Shown in pieces: positions 25,801 through 40,800 of a DNA stretch of 64,000 nt (position 1 is its first letter; each line of letters starts with the position of its first letter). The DNA is taken from NCBI GenBank assembly GCA_002633005.1, contig NMRA01000427.1:1-64000 (forward strand). Reading direction: 5' to 3'. The stretch is from Phoronis australis. Its lineage: Eukaryota; Animalia; Phoronida. Below the pieces are notes generated by a model. The model was not told the DNA's origin. It did not search any database and saw only the letters and a program-made list of their open reading frames with translations. A program made the translations under genes and the position numbers.

Positions 25801-28800
25801 CACAACAGCTTACCGTTTTCAAAACCCTTTGACGGTTATGATCCTCCTATTGAACAATTTTTTTTTTAAATTTCGAGTCCACGTTTGTTGAGGACACCGC
25901 AATTGGTGTTGATTTCGGACTTGTTCAACTACACCGACTACTCCAACTGGAAGTTTCTTTTGCGTGCGCGGCTGCATTTCCTTAATCTTTTGGAAGAACT
26001 ACGGGAAATTAGACAGTGGAGCTGACCATACATGGTGGAGCTCTATCGACTAAACTACTCGAACGATAATTGTTAACATTGCCAGATGTGTTCATGATGA
26101 AAAGACCCTGTCTGACGTAATCATTCAGATGGATTCAGCAGTTTTGGCTCTTGGTATTGGCGTTGCTTTGTGTGTGTCCTAAATTCTCTGTAGGATCTTT
26201 GTGAAAATTAGCAGACGAGATTCCATGGAGATGATAACATATCAGGGCGAGCCTCAGCCTATTTGGCTACCACCGTGCCCTCGGTGGCAGTTTTAGTTCA
26301 TGGATCTGGATAGCATTTGGCAAAAAGGAAGTCTTCTGTTGTAGTATGTATTCGTGTATTTTTGCATCACCTGCAGTAGTAGCTATTTTTTCGAGTCCAT
26401 TGTTTGGCTTCTTTCATTTTGCCTCTGTATCTTCATAATTTTCCAGTAATTATCGAAATTTTGCAAACACGTTTCTTATAATGAAGCGAAAGTATCTTAT
26501 TTTGGAATGAATGCAACGTATTGTGTGCAAAATACTGGCTATTTTTGACAATCATAAACACCATTAGGAGCACACCAGCGCGTGTCAGCGTTCCGCATTG
26601 CGCTTGTTTTCCTATATGTGACATACATGTATGGCCAATGCTCCCTGTTATTTTCCTTTGTGATTTCCACTGCCGTGTTCCGTAGACACGAGACGAAAGC
26701 TGACGCAGGTCCTAGGGCAGGGCGTGACAAGATAGGGTTTTTCGCAAGTCTCTTCGGTCTACGAATGCAGCCCTGTTTACAGAATTAGTAGAAACCTGCC
26801 ATGGTTCAGTCACCCCGGGGCATGTTGATTCAAATAAATCTCATCACGAGTGACCGTGAAACGAAATCATGTGTGCGCTTTGTGGTAGCTTATGCATGAC
26901 TATCGCCATAACATGTCGACAGTGCCATCTACTCTCGGCGTACGCGGAACGTATGTTCAAAGACCTTTATGTAAGACTGAGCTAGGTTCTTATCGATGCT
27001 CCCAACAAAGCACGCATCACCAGCAATTCCCCAGGGGTGTCTTCAAACAGTTTCATCATGATGGAGAATAACAACTGATGCAGAGAAATACAGTTATCCA
27101 TTCAAAATGTTGTGAAATTTTCAACATCTGCCCTTCTTGATATCTTCTTCAGTGTATTTTTGGGGCGCTGCAAAAGGATGTTGTTATATGTTGTGTTGAA
27201 TTTTTATCCGCCTCGTCACGGTTCATGGGAGATCTCTCTTTCCTGATGTGGATCGAATCTATTATCTTCTTTTTAAATAACTGGCCTCAATGCTGATGAA
27301 ATTTAAGAACGACCCGAATCAATAAATTACAGCAGTTTTTGGTAACAGTAAGATTAAGAAAACGGAAACTCGCCGCACAATAAGGTTGAATGTTACAAGT
27401 GTAAGGAATTCTATATCAGACTCACACAGAGACGTCTCTATGACAGGCTTAAAGAACATCACACATGGGAAAAAACATCGTCTATAGGCATTGTGTTAGC
27501 AACAATCACCAAGTCAATTTGGTTAGTATTATCTGTAGAGAACCTATAAAGGAATTACTGTACAGTAACGAGCCATTGGTCATTCAGGTCCAGCATGCTA
27601 CTGATTCTCTGAATAGCATGCAGAGCTCAGTCACCTTGCAACTATGGTGATTACCTTTCTTACTATTACATGTATATTTTGCTACTCTCATTTCACTACA
27701 TGGATGTTACCTGACTAGAATGTCGACACTTGCTGTCTTATTGTATATTATTATCCTGATGATGAATGAACATGATTTTTTATTTTGTGCGCTGATTGTC
27801 CGATTTTTTTACCAATGAGTAATGTGGTTTTCTCCAGTTGTATGATCTGTGATTGCAGATTTTTTAAACTCGCTTATAGGGGAATCTCTTGGAAATGTGC
27901 TGAAGGGTTTATTGAGAGTCACCGTGTCAACCCCTTTCTGATGTTCCTTGAAATGATATTTAAAATTAATATAAGTCTCGCCTGTATATGTTTGATCAAA
28001 GGGGGCACAAAGTATTTTCCAGAGAATCCCATTGGAGTCTTCATTGTCGCGTTTATCCCTCGGATGTACAACCGACTCTGCAAAGTCATGTGTGGCGTCA
28101 TCGCCGTTCCGATCCCATACACTCTACTCAGAGCCTTAGAAATGCCCCAGACATACATTATCAGGACGAGTTGACAGATTTAGACTTTGAATAAGACCAT
28201 TCGGGTAACCAGACCACGACCAGGAGTCAATGGACCTTTCTTAATATTGCCTCATGAATATAAAGTGAAAATCCAAAGCGAGGCTAGGACTGATAGACTA
28301 CTGTTTACAATCATGGCAGCCTCTTCTGCGCTAACTGATCGAGACCTCACACTTGTTCCAAACTTGACATTTGGCTTTGTGGAGTCATATTGCAAAAATT
28401 CCTCGCAGTCATCAGGAAAGAATCATCTCTCCAAAGGGTACAAGTATTTCAGCAAAGGTTACATTACATCAATAAGAAGTAAGTAGTTTTATAGGCTGCA
28501 TAAAAATTCTTAAGTTGTTGTTGTTAAAATGTCAGCTGGTCAGTCATAACAAACCTGTTTCACTAGGTTTTTGTTTTACAAAAAGAAAGCAATGATACCA
28601 AGTTCACCACGAGTGATAAAACTACTGGCCAAATTATATTTGAAATGCTGAGGGCTGTCAGATTTATTTGTAAATTCATAAGATTATTTCAAAAGTCGTT
28701 GATTCAGTTGTGTGGATCTTGACTGAACAACCGCAGGCCCTTAGGATGTTTTCAGTTTAATTAATTTACGACATTTCGTCAAATACAACTTATGTTTCGT

Positions 28801-31800
28801 GGGCGGTGCATGTGTTTCTATTATGTACTCATATTTTAATTCAATCTGAATTGGTCTCTTGTTTTATATATATCTGGACAGTTTAGAGGTAATCAACTAA
28901 AACATTATTTTTGTTTTCAGGAACGCCTGTTGCAAGTGTTTGCAAGTTGCAAGCAAAATGTTTCAGATCTCAGAGAAAAAAATGAACCACCCCATGACTT
29001 ATCTGTAATTATGAAGTCACTAAAATGATTTGAGGTAGCGTGCTAATTTATATTGATATGAGTATGTATTGACTTAATTACATTTGGTGTAGAAAAACAT
29101 TAAATTGACCTTGTTGGTGGTATTAGAAAATGTTTATTTTCTGCTATGATCAAATTTGAATTTAAACTTATTCAGATTAGACAATATAATGTTTCAGCAA
29201 TAGGTGATTTGCATGTTGCCAATTTAAAATCATTTTATTTAAAATGATGTCAAAATTTCCATCGACATACACTAACTCAACTAGCACTATCAAATATTCA
29301 TATCAATTTGCTTTAAAATTCTAAGAAATTGCATTTTATTATTGCAGATTGATCCTAGTCATGTGCCTGTGGTGACAAAAGCAAGTTGCTCATGTGCAAA
29401 AGGTCTTGGATAAGCCTGTGGCCACATTACGGTATTGTTATATCAAATAGCCAATGGCAAGCTTCTGAGGGTTGCTTCTGTACCTGAGAATGTTGCTAAG
29501 ACCTCCCTGCAACAAACATGGCACCAGCTAGGAGGTGAAAAATACAACCTGTTGTACTTCAGAATTTACAAGTTGCAGGCTGTATGGCAGTGCTGAGCGT
29601 GAAGAACCAAGGAGGGCTGTGGCATATGTGTTGACAAACCCTATCAGAACAAATTATCCTTCCCTTCATTCTTTGAAACGGTCACTTGAAGCCATTCAAA
29701 GCAACATGTTGGTACTTGCTGCGCTCTCACAGTGTCCAATTGACCAGGAAAATACTAAGTTTGGCCTTTTCCCTAAGGGCTCTGTCGCACCACCCACATT
29801 TTATTATGAACCTGTAATATGGTGTAGAATATCAGGATTTACCAGTTGGGAATGTTTTAAAGAACTGTTTCCAATGTCCTTTACAGCATTATCAGCAATT
29901 TGCACTGGAAGGATTGGTGTTGTCTCTTGACGAGGTTATAGAATTTGAAAGAAAAAAACAGTTTTACAAAGTGGCTCACCTGTTTTGCAAAAATTGAGAA
30001 AACACAGAATTAGTGCTTCAAAAGTTCATGACAGTTGGGTGTGAGAAGGAGGATTTGAAGCTCTTTTGAAACGCCTCAAATCAACTCGTCACGTTCATAC
30101 TGCTGCCATGTTGGCTTGTATTGCCAATGAACCGCATGCAGCTGCCAAATACAGTGACGTGATGGCAAGCAGTATTAATATTTATCCATCAGATATCGTA
30201 AGTAGTCCATGGTCACCCTGGATGGCAGTGAGTCTCGACCGTAAAGCGTGTGACCCCCAGCGAGTTCCTGTATTTGGTTTGTTGGATGTCAAATGCCCCC
30301 AAAACTCCTCCATTAGTGAAATCAATATCTGAAAGTTACACCTGATGGAAGATATTTTTTAAATAAGCGGTATCAGTATTTCACACAGATACAAATGCAG
30401 CTTGCAGTTACTGGACTGGAGTGGTGTGACCTGTTCATTTGGCATGAAAACTACCATCATAAGGAAGAGATTCGCTGTGATTTGACATTTTGCCAAGACC
30501 TGGAAGATAAGGTAGACCACTTTTTCTACAATTTCTATGTCACCTGATTCCCCTGCTAGCTGAGGTGTTACTGTAGTCACTGTATTGTGCCAATTGTATA
30601 TTGTGTGGTCTCAAGAAATAAAGTGAAAGAGTTAAATAACTGTATAAGTTTTGTTGTTTATTGCAAAACCTTTTGTACATGATCATTCGTTTACAATAGG
30701 GCCTCTAAAGTTTGCTAATAAACAGGCAACTGTCCACAACTGATTTACTGAGCCAGTCACGTTCAAAGGAATGAGAGAGTTAAGCAAGTGATTTTCTTTG
30801 ATGCGTCTCATGACTCTCTCCACATGTATTCTGAGGCTGGTTATTTGTTCTGTTTTTCTTATTTCCTCACTTGAAAATTTCCCTTTGTTGCTCATAAAGG
30901 GCGGGATGTTCAATTTTGCACCCTTTTCATTGAGAAGCTTGTTAATTAGAAATCCCTTATCTGCCATCACACTGTCTCCTCGTTCTAGCAAGTCAACAAA
31001 TCCACTCAGTTTGGTAATAGCCACATCTGATATTGAGCCAGTGTACAGAGGCGATACAAATGTTATTGCACCGTGTTGAACTATACAAACTAAGGCTTTA
31101 AATGTTGTTTTACCTTTGTATTGTGAATAGCTTTGAGAGTTTGTCACTAGTGAACCTGGTTGGTCAGTTTTAATTTCAGTGCAATGAATTATGACTCTTT
31201 TGGTTGGGCACAACTCCCTAAATGTACTGGGCATTAATAGCTGTATGTATGTTTTGGATAACCAAATGGGAATTGAACCCAAGACGAAGTACACAAGATT
31301 TGCCCAGGTTAATATTTTCCGACTTACTGTTGCCACTGAGCGAGTGAACCGTACTGATAAGTCTCGCTCTAGCAATCCTGCTCTAAACAGTTCATCAATA
31401 AGACTCATACACCTTGGTCTGCCAGCTCTGCTAACAACTTGTGAAGGCACGTAGTAGTGACTGGCCATTGTTCTTGTTGATTCTTCAAGCCACTTAAAAA
31501 CATGCAGTGAGTAGTATAAGATGGAAACCTAGTATAAAACGATATTAGAGAACCATCGTCACCAAATCTCTTCATTCCAAAACGTTCAATGTTCAAATGT
31601 TCTTTTAAAGAATTTATTTCCTCATGTTTCTGCTGACACTTTAGTTCTAGTTGATAAAGTTCCATTGTCAAATCCTCTGTGACAGATGCTGTGCCTTCCA
31701 TGGGCTGATGATCACAATTTGTGTCCCCAAATTCAATGTCAGTGACACTTTCAAACAATTCAAAAGTCTTGTCTAGGTATGTGCTTTTCCGTTTAAGTTC

Positions 31801-34800
31801 TCTTCTTAGTTTTTATCACTGGACCATTCAAACAGTGAGGGTATTGCATCAGGCTTCAGCTTTTTTTCTCACAGGTGTCCATTTGAAATCTTGAGGCAAG
31901 AAGTGGGCAGAACTAATATGAGTATATTTTGTAACCTGAAATATACAACATGTGTAAATTGAACAATTATCACAGCAAGTGGTTATGTACTATTTTCACA
32001 TATACGTATATGCAAAAGCACATTTATCTTTCTAGCAATCAACTATTCATAGCTGTAAAAGTTACATTTATATTCAACAGTATAGATGTGCAAAATGAAA
32101 TTCAGATGTTACACCAGGGAAAGTTGTGCTTGCATCATTGCATGGCTGTTTATTTTGAATGCAAAATGATTCATTAGGGGGCATGTGTGTCACCCTGCAG
32201 TTTTCTGTGATATAACAGGTCTATCTGACTGTCTAGAATCCAACCTGAGAAGTCAAGCAATCTTTTAGGTCACCGTTTTTGATAAATTAGTTGAACATTC
32301 AAGGTTTGCCATTTTCTTAGAATTACAGAGAATATACATTTAAAACAAAATTTTACCTTGGATAAGTAAAATGTGCCATAAGGACAGCTAGTATTAGGCA
32401 ATAATGTGCTTGAAAATTGCCATCTATTCAAGCATCAATGCTACTGGTGGTACACTGCACCAAGAGGACATTGATATTCTACTTACTTGGAATGTTGACT
32501 ATTCCTATCTGCGAATCTTCACGAGCCACTCTCTTCTTAATTCTTTGTCAGCAGGAAATTTGCAAAATGATAATTCTTTGTTTTTTTTTCTGGTTAGTTG
32601 CCTAGCAAGGGATACAACAGTGTGTCATTGTTTATGTAGAGATTCACTGACAGCAGACTTCCTGTAGACTTATCAGTACAACCCTCGTTCTGGGAATGGA
32701 ATGTGAGTCATTCATCTGTTATAGACAGAAGTACGTAAAAATACAACATACACTTATAACTTTTCCTCACCACTTTTAACTCCCTTTTTATTCCTGCAAT
32801 CGACATCGGGACATCGGAGCTTACTTTTCAGCGAAATGCACCAACGCGTGCACCTTACACCTCTACCGGGAAACTGGTATGTTAAAAATAGATATCATCG
32901 AGGTTCTTGTGCTGAACACTTTTAATATAGCATTCGTTGTGGTTTTCTTTCATGTTCGTGGTTCTAACGTTTACCAAAATTCGTATTGCATTGGAATGAT
33001 GCTCAACGATTTTTTCAAGTATCTGACATTGCTTCATCAAAGATAATTTTCTGCTTACTCTTATCATCAATCAAAAGAACCTTCGATTCAAGTCTTTTGC
33101 TGTGTCAGACAATACTCCAAAGTCAGGTCTCCAGAAATAGCTGATCTACTATTTATAACATCCACAAACATACCCGAGCAATACATTGAAATATGGTTAT
33201 TACGACGTTTATTTTATTTTATTTTTTATCCTTGCCTCATTGTCAATCAGATGTATTCATCAAGCGTAAAATGCCAACTGCTGGCGGCTTGGGGAGCTTG
33301 GATGAGTGACAAGCAGGGAGCACTTGGCAATGAAGTAGTACAATAAACAAAATTTTGAAGACGGGCCTCAACCAGATGCGAGTTTTTTGAACAGGGCCAA
33401 ACGGTCCTATTTTCTGAGAAACCAACTTGAACGTTTATATCAAACAAAACTTGACAAATTATGATATGGTGTAATTGTATTTCTATCAACGTAACTTTCA
33501 TTATTTGCTGGTATGACCAAATAGACATGGTGACGAGACAAACTAAATGGGAGATTGTTAACCAGTTCAACATTCTACAGGCCTTCAAGATTAAGAAATA
33601 ATGTGCACAAAAACCTGTTCAAAGCGAGTCGCGTAGGTAGGATATGGCTGCAAGTGTCAGTCTGCTTTTCGAGGAAGTTAGTGCCGAATAGGTATTTTTT
33701 GCAATTGTGTCCTGGTACATTGCTTCTGTGTGTCTAAAGAATTCGCCACTTTTGGATTGCGAACTTCGTCACGAATTAAAAGTTTCATGTGTGTAGTCCA
33801 AATAAATGTCCGCGTTTCTCTTGCAGTTTATTAGGTATTACTAAAATAAATGATGCAGAGAGGGTCCAACATACATGTATTTCGTAAGCATGTGGTGCAA
33901 TTTCAGAGGCTTGCAAGCTTACGTTTTATGCTTCTATGTACAGTGATTCTTATGATAATTTTCAAAGGTCGTGTACACTATGGATCAATTCAATAGTATC
34001 GATGGCACAATGGTTTTTCTTTCAGATAACTGTGACGGCAACTTATGCACGAACGGAGCAACTTGTGTCAGGAAAATTGGCGGGTACAACTGCTCGTGCA
34101 CGAAGAATTACACACACACGTATTGTCACGGTAACGAGTTTTAACCTCTTGAGGTTTACTGATGCTTGATCAATGGTGCAATTGGTGCACCGTGCATTGT
34201 TTCTCAAGTCTGTCGATGTTGTCTCAAGGATACCATATACATGTATTCATACTCCTCTATGCATAGTAGACTAGACCACCGTGGCTGAACACGTAAATTA
34301 CGTTAACTACAGCATTTCAGTATCAAAAGACTACAAAACTGTCTGGTGAATGGTCCGTTTATTCCGGCCTTTAATACATGTAACAATTCCGACGTGTTTG
34401 ACCATGAACTTGAGTTTCTAAACATTCTCTTGTTTCAGAATGAATACCCAAAAACATTTATAAAATCTTGCACTGACATGCTTTTACGCAGCCAAATCAA
34501 TTAAGACATCTATAGATGCTTGCTATGGACCTGAATTTAAAAAAGGATTTCTTAATCCCCCCTTGGGGTATCAATAGTTGTGTGGTCGACCGACAGTTTA
34601 AGAGAATGCTTGAAGCTGTTGCTCCACGTTTGCAACTTGAAACCTGTAAACAGACGTTTGTCATTGTCTAAACTAAACTCACTGTTGAGTAGTTGCTAAC
34701 CAAATCATGTTGTGCACCAACCCAGCTGAAATAAATGTGAACAGTTTTAGATTGGAATTACCAACAGTATCAGAGTCAAAGAACACTAAAACACATATAC

Positions 34801-37800
34801 TTTCGTCCACAACCATTTATTGACAGCTGGTCACACTATAGGTTGCTCTGGTGTACAGGCGTGTGTTCATTAAAGCTAGGACCTAGCTGAAGTCTAGCCA
34901 AAGTCAAGTGTTCTCATTTATGACACACATCAATATCTCACGTAATCTCGCGAAGTCTTACTTTTTAGCAAAATCCTAACGTAACTGAACGGGAGTCAGG
35001 TCTTAGATAAGGGTAATATCACCCTCAGGTTCCTCATAAGAGAGGCTATGCGTATACGGTTGTTGAGCACTATCTCAATAGAAACATTGGAAATTGGGCT
35101 CTAAATGTTTTGATTTCTGGCTTCTCCCCTTGCAATGCATTTTGACGTGTACCTGTACAGTCTGTTCTTGACTTGTGTCACCTGCTTGAATTATGTGAAT
35201 TTTTTGTCTTGAGAATGGGTTATATTGAGTAAACCGAAACGTCAACACATATGTCGTTGCTTACAAACACGCTAATTTTAAAGTTCATGCTAATATTTTA
35301 GCCATGACAAATATGATTTTAGTTTCCACGTGATAGTTGAAGCCACTCAAGAAAGCCACCAAAAGAGTAGCTCATTGGACGTTCGTCACCCGCGCAAGCA
35401 GTACATTTCAAAGTTTGATGAAATGATTGGCGATAAAAGAAAGAATCCAAAGTCTGGAAGTTTTTGATCCCTCATAAGCGCCGTTGGTCCTGCATGTTGC
35501 GGATATATGTTTGGCTTACCTCTAGGCTTCGTGGTGGATTAGTGTTGATCGTGTCCGTTCGTGACACTTAAAACCACCGCCTTCCAGCTTGCTCACATAC
35601 GGTTTCCCAATGCGTCCATGCAAACGCTCCTTCTAAACCATTCCTTCTCACAATGAACGATAGCAACAACCTTAATTTCAAAATCGCTTGATTTTAGCAA
35701 AACTAAGCTAAAAGGAAGGTAGGCCTATATGTATTGCAAAAAACCATATCGATGACGTGATCTAATTTTGTTCCATAAAAAATATTCAAGATGGGATCTG
35801 GAAAAAGCTGTTTCTCCAAAAATCATGTCAATTTCGTTTCATACAATTTTGTTTGTATGGAAGTCATATAAGTCCTATTTTTATACACCCTCATGAGAAA
35901 TTGAAATATTTTAAAACAATTCCTAACACCGTTTTGGGAACAGCGCATAATGTATAGTATCTGAAGAAATTCACATGAATCCAATCAGTTGTGTATGACT
36001 AATTTCGAAATTTCTCGAGGTTCTGACATACCCTAAAGGGGATATAGCATAAACACATTGAAAAGCAACGATCTCTGAACTAACCAGGGCCTCTGAGATT
36101 TTAACGACTTATCACATTGGACAAAATCATTGCCGTTTCCTTGCTACGCCTGGATGTCTAGTAAGTTTCATGCTGATGGTTAGCAAGTATACTGTGACCA
36201 TGAGACGCCAACCACTACGACGAGGACGACACTGACGCCTTTGGTCTCCCTCTTCGACGATGGACGCACTGAAAACTTAATAATTGCTCAACTCTCCGTT
36301 TATGGAATGGTATTGTAATTCGGTGGACATGAGTTAGACAGAAGTTACTAGTGTAAAATTGACCAGACTTAAACAAGGAAATCCTTTGTTTTTGCGATTT
36401 CGTCTTAAATCAACAATTTTTGCCATTCTCTGCGCCACATTTGCTAAAATTGAGACTTTACCAGATGGTACAATTGAAAAAATTCCCACCGGTTATCGTG
36501 CGGGATTCAGCGCCACCTGCAGAGGAGCCTGCAAATGCAGTCGTTCGAATTTCAATAGCGCGCTCATCTGAGAAAATTACCGTTTCTCACAGACCACACT
36601 CATTGACGTAATCATCTATTATTTTGCGGAATAAAAAGGTCAACTCCTGGAAGCCTTGAAGTTTGACATCCCTGCTTTCAAATTTAATTGATTTAAAAGA
36701 ATGTACTACATGTGTACATGTAGATGTCAGAATAAAAAATACATTCTTGGAGGTTTGTGTAAAATACAGTTATCTCGGTGAAAAATCACCATCTGTAGAA
36801 ATAACCCCGTCATTTGATCAATAAAGTTTTCACGTGATAAAATTTGATGGAAATTGCGGACTATAAGTCCATATCTTTAAGGATCTTCCGCTCGCTTCAA
36901 GGTAACCTAATGCCTCACATGTATGCTTCAGATGTAAGCAAACTTCGTTAAACAAAAGCCTAGGGTGAATTAGAGCTAGGTTAAACGCCTAATACGCACC
37001 TGCCTTCCTTTGTCTTTGCAGTTCGAGACTGTGGAGAAGCACCTACTGTGCAAAATGGTTGGCTGCACCAGATTATTCGTGAATCAGATAACCAAACTGG
37101 GAGACAGGAGGCTTCGTACCATTGTTGCACTGGGTATGACCTTATAGGAGAGTGGAACATCTCTTGTCAAGACAACGGAACGTGGCAGAGTCCACCAAAG
37201 TGTCAGAGTAAGAAATTGACTTTGTTGTAGATTCTCCCAAACTGTTAGACTGAAAGCTTATTTATTGTTGTTGAGATGTATACACGTCTTATTCATGAAC
37301 CATAATTTAGTTTGATTATGTGTCTCAATAGGATACGCATTTTGCTAAATCTGATGACTTTGTTGATTTCAACATCCCCATTCCACACTTGCTGAAATGG
37401 ATAAGAAATTGAGAAAGGTTTTGTGATAAAGTGAAACGTTTAAACTACATACATGTACAGCAAAACTACTTATCTCACCTTACCTTCATCCATGCACACC
37501 ACGAAACGCACGACAAAATGACAAATTTTGTAACACATTTCTGTTTATGTGTCCACTAGCCCTTGTCGTAGGCCCTGCATTACATTTAATTTGAAATAAT
37601 AGCAAAAATCAAAAGTTATTCGTTTACCTAGCATTCGTTTGCAGACTCCCGGAAATGTTTATGTTTTACCACTTAAGGTAATGAATTATCAGCAGTGGTG
37701 CGATCATCGATTTCGGGATTTGCCGCGTTATCTCAGTCTTCACCAGAAACGACAGCTGCACTTGCAGCCACTGGTTCGAACCTATTTGATTAGGGTCTGT

Positions 37801-40800
37801 TTGCGTTCCCAGCACGATCTTGAGTTTCTTCGTTGTCAATAGCTTCTGTGTCCGTTGCTTTGTTACATTTGTGTAAAAAAATCAAAAATTCCGTCCTCGC
37901 TGGCAGACACTTCGTTGTAACTCTCGTATTCGGCATCGGTTCCAAGCCTTGTGTGACTATGTGTAACGTGTCCGTTTAACTCACGCGTCGTCATCATGAA
38001 TTTCATACAGGCCTGTATTCAAAATACCTGAATTTGAAAGATCCTCGCCATGTTAAAAACCACTCACCCGAAAGAGGGCGATCACGTCTTTGGTGGACAG
38101 GCATTCAGCGCCACCTACAGATCCCATGTTATGCGAACGTCATGTTTCTACTTACTCGTATAAACAGCGTTTTAACACCTTATCTGTGCGGTGGGATGCA
38201 CCAATGCCTGGCGAGCTCCACACCGCGAAGATGCAAACCTGACAAAGCCAATGGTTGATGATGGTAAAACGGGGGAATCTCGATTCTAGCCGGTGTCAAA
38301 AGGCTAATATGATTAATGCGAAATTGACCACTCGAACAGTGAGAGGGGCTGACCGTCGAATTTATTCCTCAGTTTTTTTTTATTATAAATCACTTTGTAC
38401 CAACTGATTTTCTAAATTTCTGTCCGCCAAAGCCGATTTTGGACCAATCGGAAGTCGCTTTCGTGGTGCCATTACTTCCCTATTGATTGGGTTGAAGTTA
38501 GATAAGATCATTAATTGTTACGAATCACAGGTATGGTACCCATTCGAAAAAGATGATGTCCGGCAACGAACATTTCATGATAGACAACTTGAATAAAGCA
38601 TAGCAGAAATGAGCGCTGGTGCGGTGAGAAACACAGAGAATCAATGAGGAAGAACCGTGTTTTTGCGAGATCAGAAGCATGGTTGGTCTTAACCTAATTC
38701 CCATAGTGTCGGGGTGCTGTCCGGACACAGCACAGCTTCATGCCTGGCTGTATAGCCAGCCAGAGATTAGCCAACAATAAGGCTGTTTTGTCCTGATTTT
38801 TTGTTAAAATTGGAACCCTACAGTTGTTCTTGTTTGGGATAATCACTGTGAACATGTTCCTTGTTCGATATCCATACCCTTAATGATGTATCTCGAAAGG
38901 TTAATAGAGGGCAAATTATGTATTTGCCTATGGTTTACAGGCACTTTTAAAACAAGTCTCTCAGTTTTGACTCCAGGAACATTATTGTTTTGTCATTGGC
39001 TTTATCATGGGCGGCGCACCATAGGAGCTGGGGGAGGAGCTATAGCCAACACATTTTCAGTGCTACCACGCCCATAGTCTATAAGCGGTGTACCACAGGG
39101 GGCATGGGGAGAGAGGGGGCTTTAGGCTCCACTTTTTTCAGTACTGCGCGGCCCGTGCTTATTCAAAAGACCACGGTAGCTGATTTTTATCTATGTCGTG
39201 AATAGTACTCTTGAATCAATTTCTTTTTGAAGCTCAAAAATTTTTCCGTCAGTTGATTTTTTACTCATTATGTTGAATTTGCTTTCGATTGAATATTCAC
39301 ATGTAGTGGGTGCAGTTTTTAAATGTGTGTAACGATTGCCTTTGCTACTCTATGTTTTACAGGTAAGGATTGCGGAAACCCACCCAATGTATCCGATTCC
39401 AACGTCAAGTATGGCGCGACAACCTTCCGTTCAAATGCATCGTACACATGTGACGAAACGCACTACATGCTAGGCAGTAGTAACACGACATGTGAAAAGG
39501 ACGGCATTTGGAGCCAGCCACCTAAGTGCCATAAATGTAAGAACAGAAGCTTTTNNNNNNNNNNNNNNNNNNNNNNNNNNNNNNNNNNNNNNNNNNNNNN
39601 NNNNNNNNNNNNNNNNNNNNNNNNNNNNNNNNNNNNNNNNNNNNNNNNNNNNNNNNNNNNNNNNNNNNNNNNNNNNNNNNNNNNNNNNNNNNNNNNNNNN
39701 NNNNNNNNNNNNNNNNNNNNNNNNNNNNNNNNNNNNNNNNNNNNNNNNNNNNNNNNNNNNNNNNNNNNNNNNNNNNNNNNNNNNNNNNNNNNNNNNNNNN
39801 NNNNNNNNNNNNNNNNNNNNNNNNNNNNNNNNNNNNNNNNNNNNNNNNNNNNNNNNNNNNNNNNNNNNNNNNNNNNNNNNNNNNNNNNNNNNNNNNNNNN
39901 NNNNNNNNNNNNNNGAGACCAGCAGCTACGCATTTGTCGGCAAGATTTCGCCCTGGAACTTCAACAAAATTTTATGAAAAATGATCGTAATTTAACAACG
40001 AATTTTGATAGCAATGTACCACAATTTTGTAGAAAGTAAATAATAATAATCTGCACGCTTTATCTTAGCGCGTAATGCATATAGTGTGCATACGTTAAGT
40101 GAGTTGACCCAGAACAGGTGATTGTGCAGAGGCATTATCCTCAAAATTGCTCATGTTGGCTTGGTTCTGGTCCAGCGAAAACAAGTTTGTTTTTCACTAC
40201 CAACCGCCATGGAGTATTTGTTACTGTTTCTTTGAAGGGAGATATTGTTGGGCAGTTTCTAAGATACGTTTTCTTGCCGCCCTCAAAATGAGCGCTGCAC
40301 ACTTTATGCCGGCTACGAAGTCGGAAAGAATTCACGAAGTCGGCCTTTGCTACCAGCTCAGTTCTTGATCCTTGGGAAACAGGTAGTAACTAATTTTTTT
40401 ATTTCGCTAACTGGTATTATAGCATGCCAGGCACACAACACGTATAACCTCCCTGTGGCCGGTTCGCCCCCACGCTTGCCGACGTACTTGTTTACCAGCT
40501 TAACCACAATGCAACATTCTGACCCATTTCCAATATGGCGGCGTTGCAACTCCGCTATTCAGCATTCACATGATTTTGATGAAACATGTTAAGCCATTCA
40601 TAAACTAATTTTTGAGTGAAAGTGAAATGACGAGCTCCAATACATGTACACTCTCCGGAAAATAGGCCCGTGATAAAGTACATGTCGTGATCTCAAGCGT
40701 TCAATTTCAATAGATGGCGTACGCGTCAATCTACATGTATGAGTTATTGTCACATTATAATAGCTGCGGTAAAAGGTTGACATAAAACTTGCAGATGTCT

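Larger units (their letters stand above)
28230..32700. mobile_element. Decayed ISL2EU-type (PIF/Harbinger-related) DNA transposon with two convergent genes
   Basis: SWIM+YqaJ gene on + and THAP+DDE_Tnp_4-type transposase on -, the known two-gene layout of ISL2EU. The ends are approximate because no clean TIR pair was found. Confidence 0.82.

Noticed and set aside
33250-33750. Minus-strand peptides faintly like a transposase C-terminus (EARLQNF...SLP)
   Set aside because: The similarity is too weak to support without a search.
39323-40039. Long ORFs spanning the gap
   Set aside because: Their length comes from N runs; only the Sushi exon is real.
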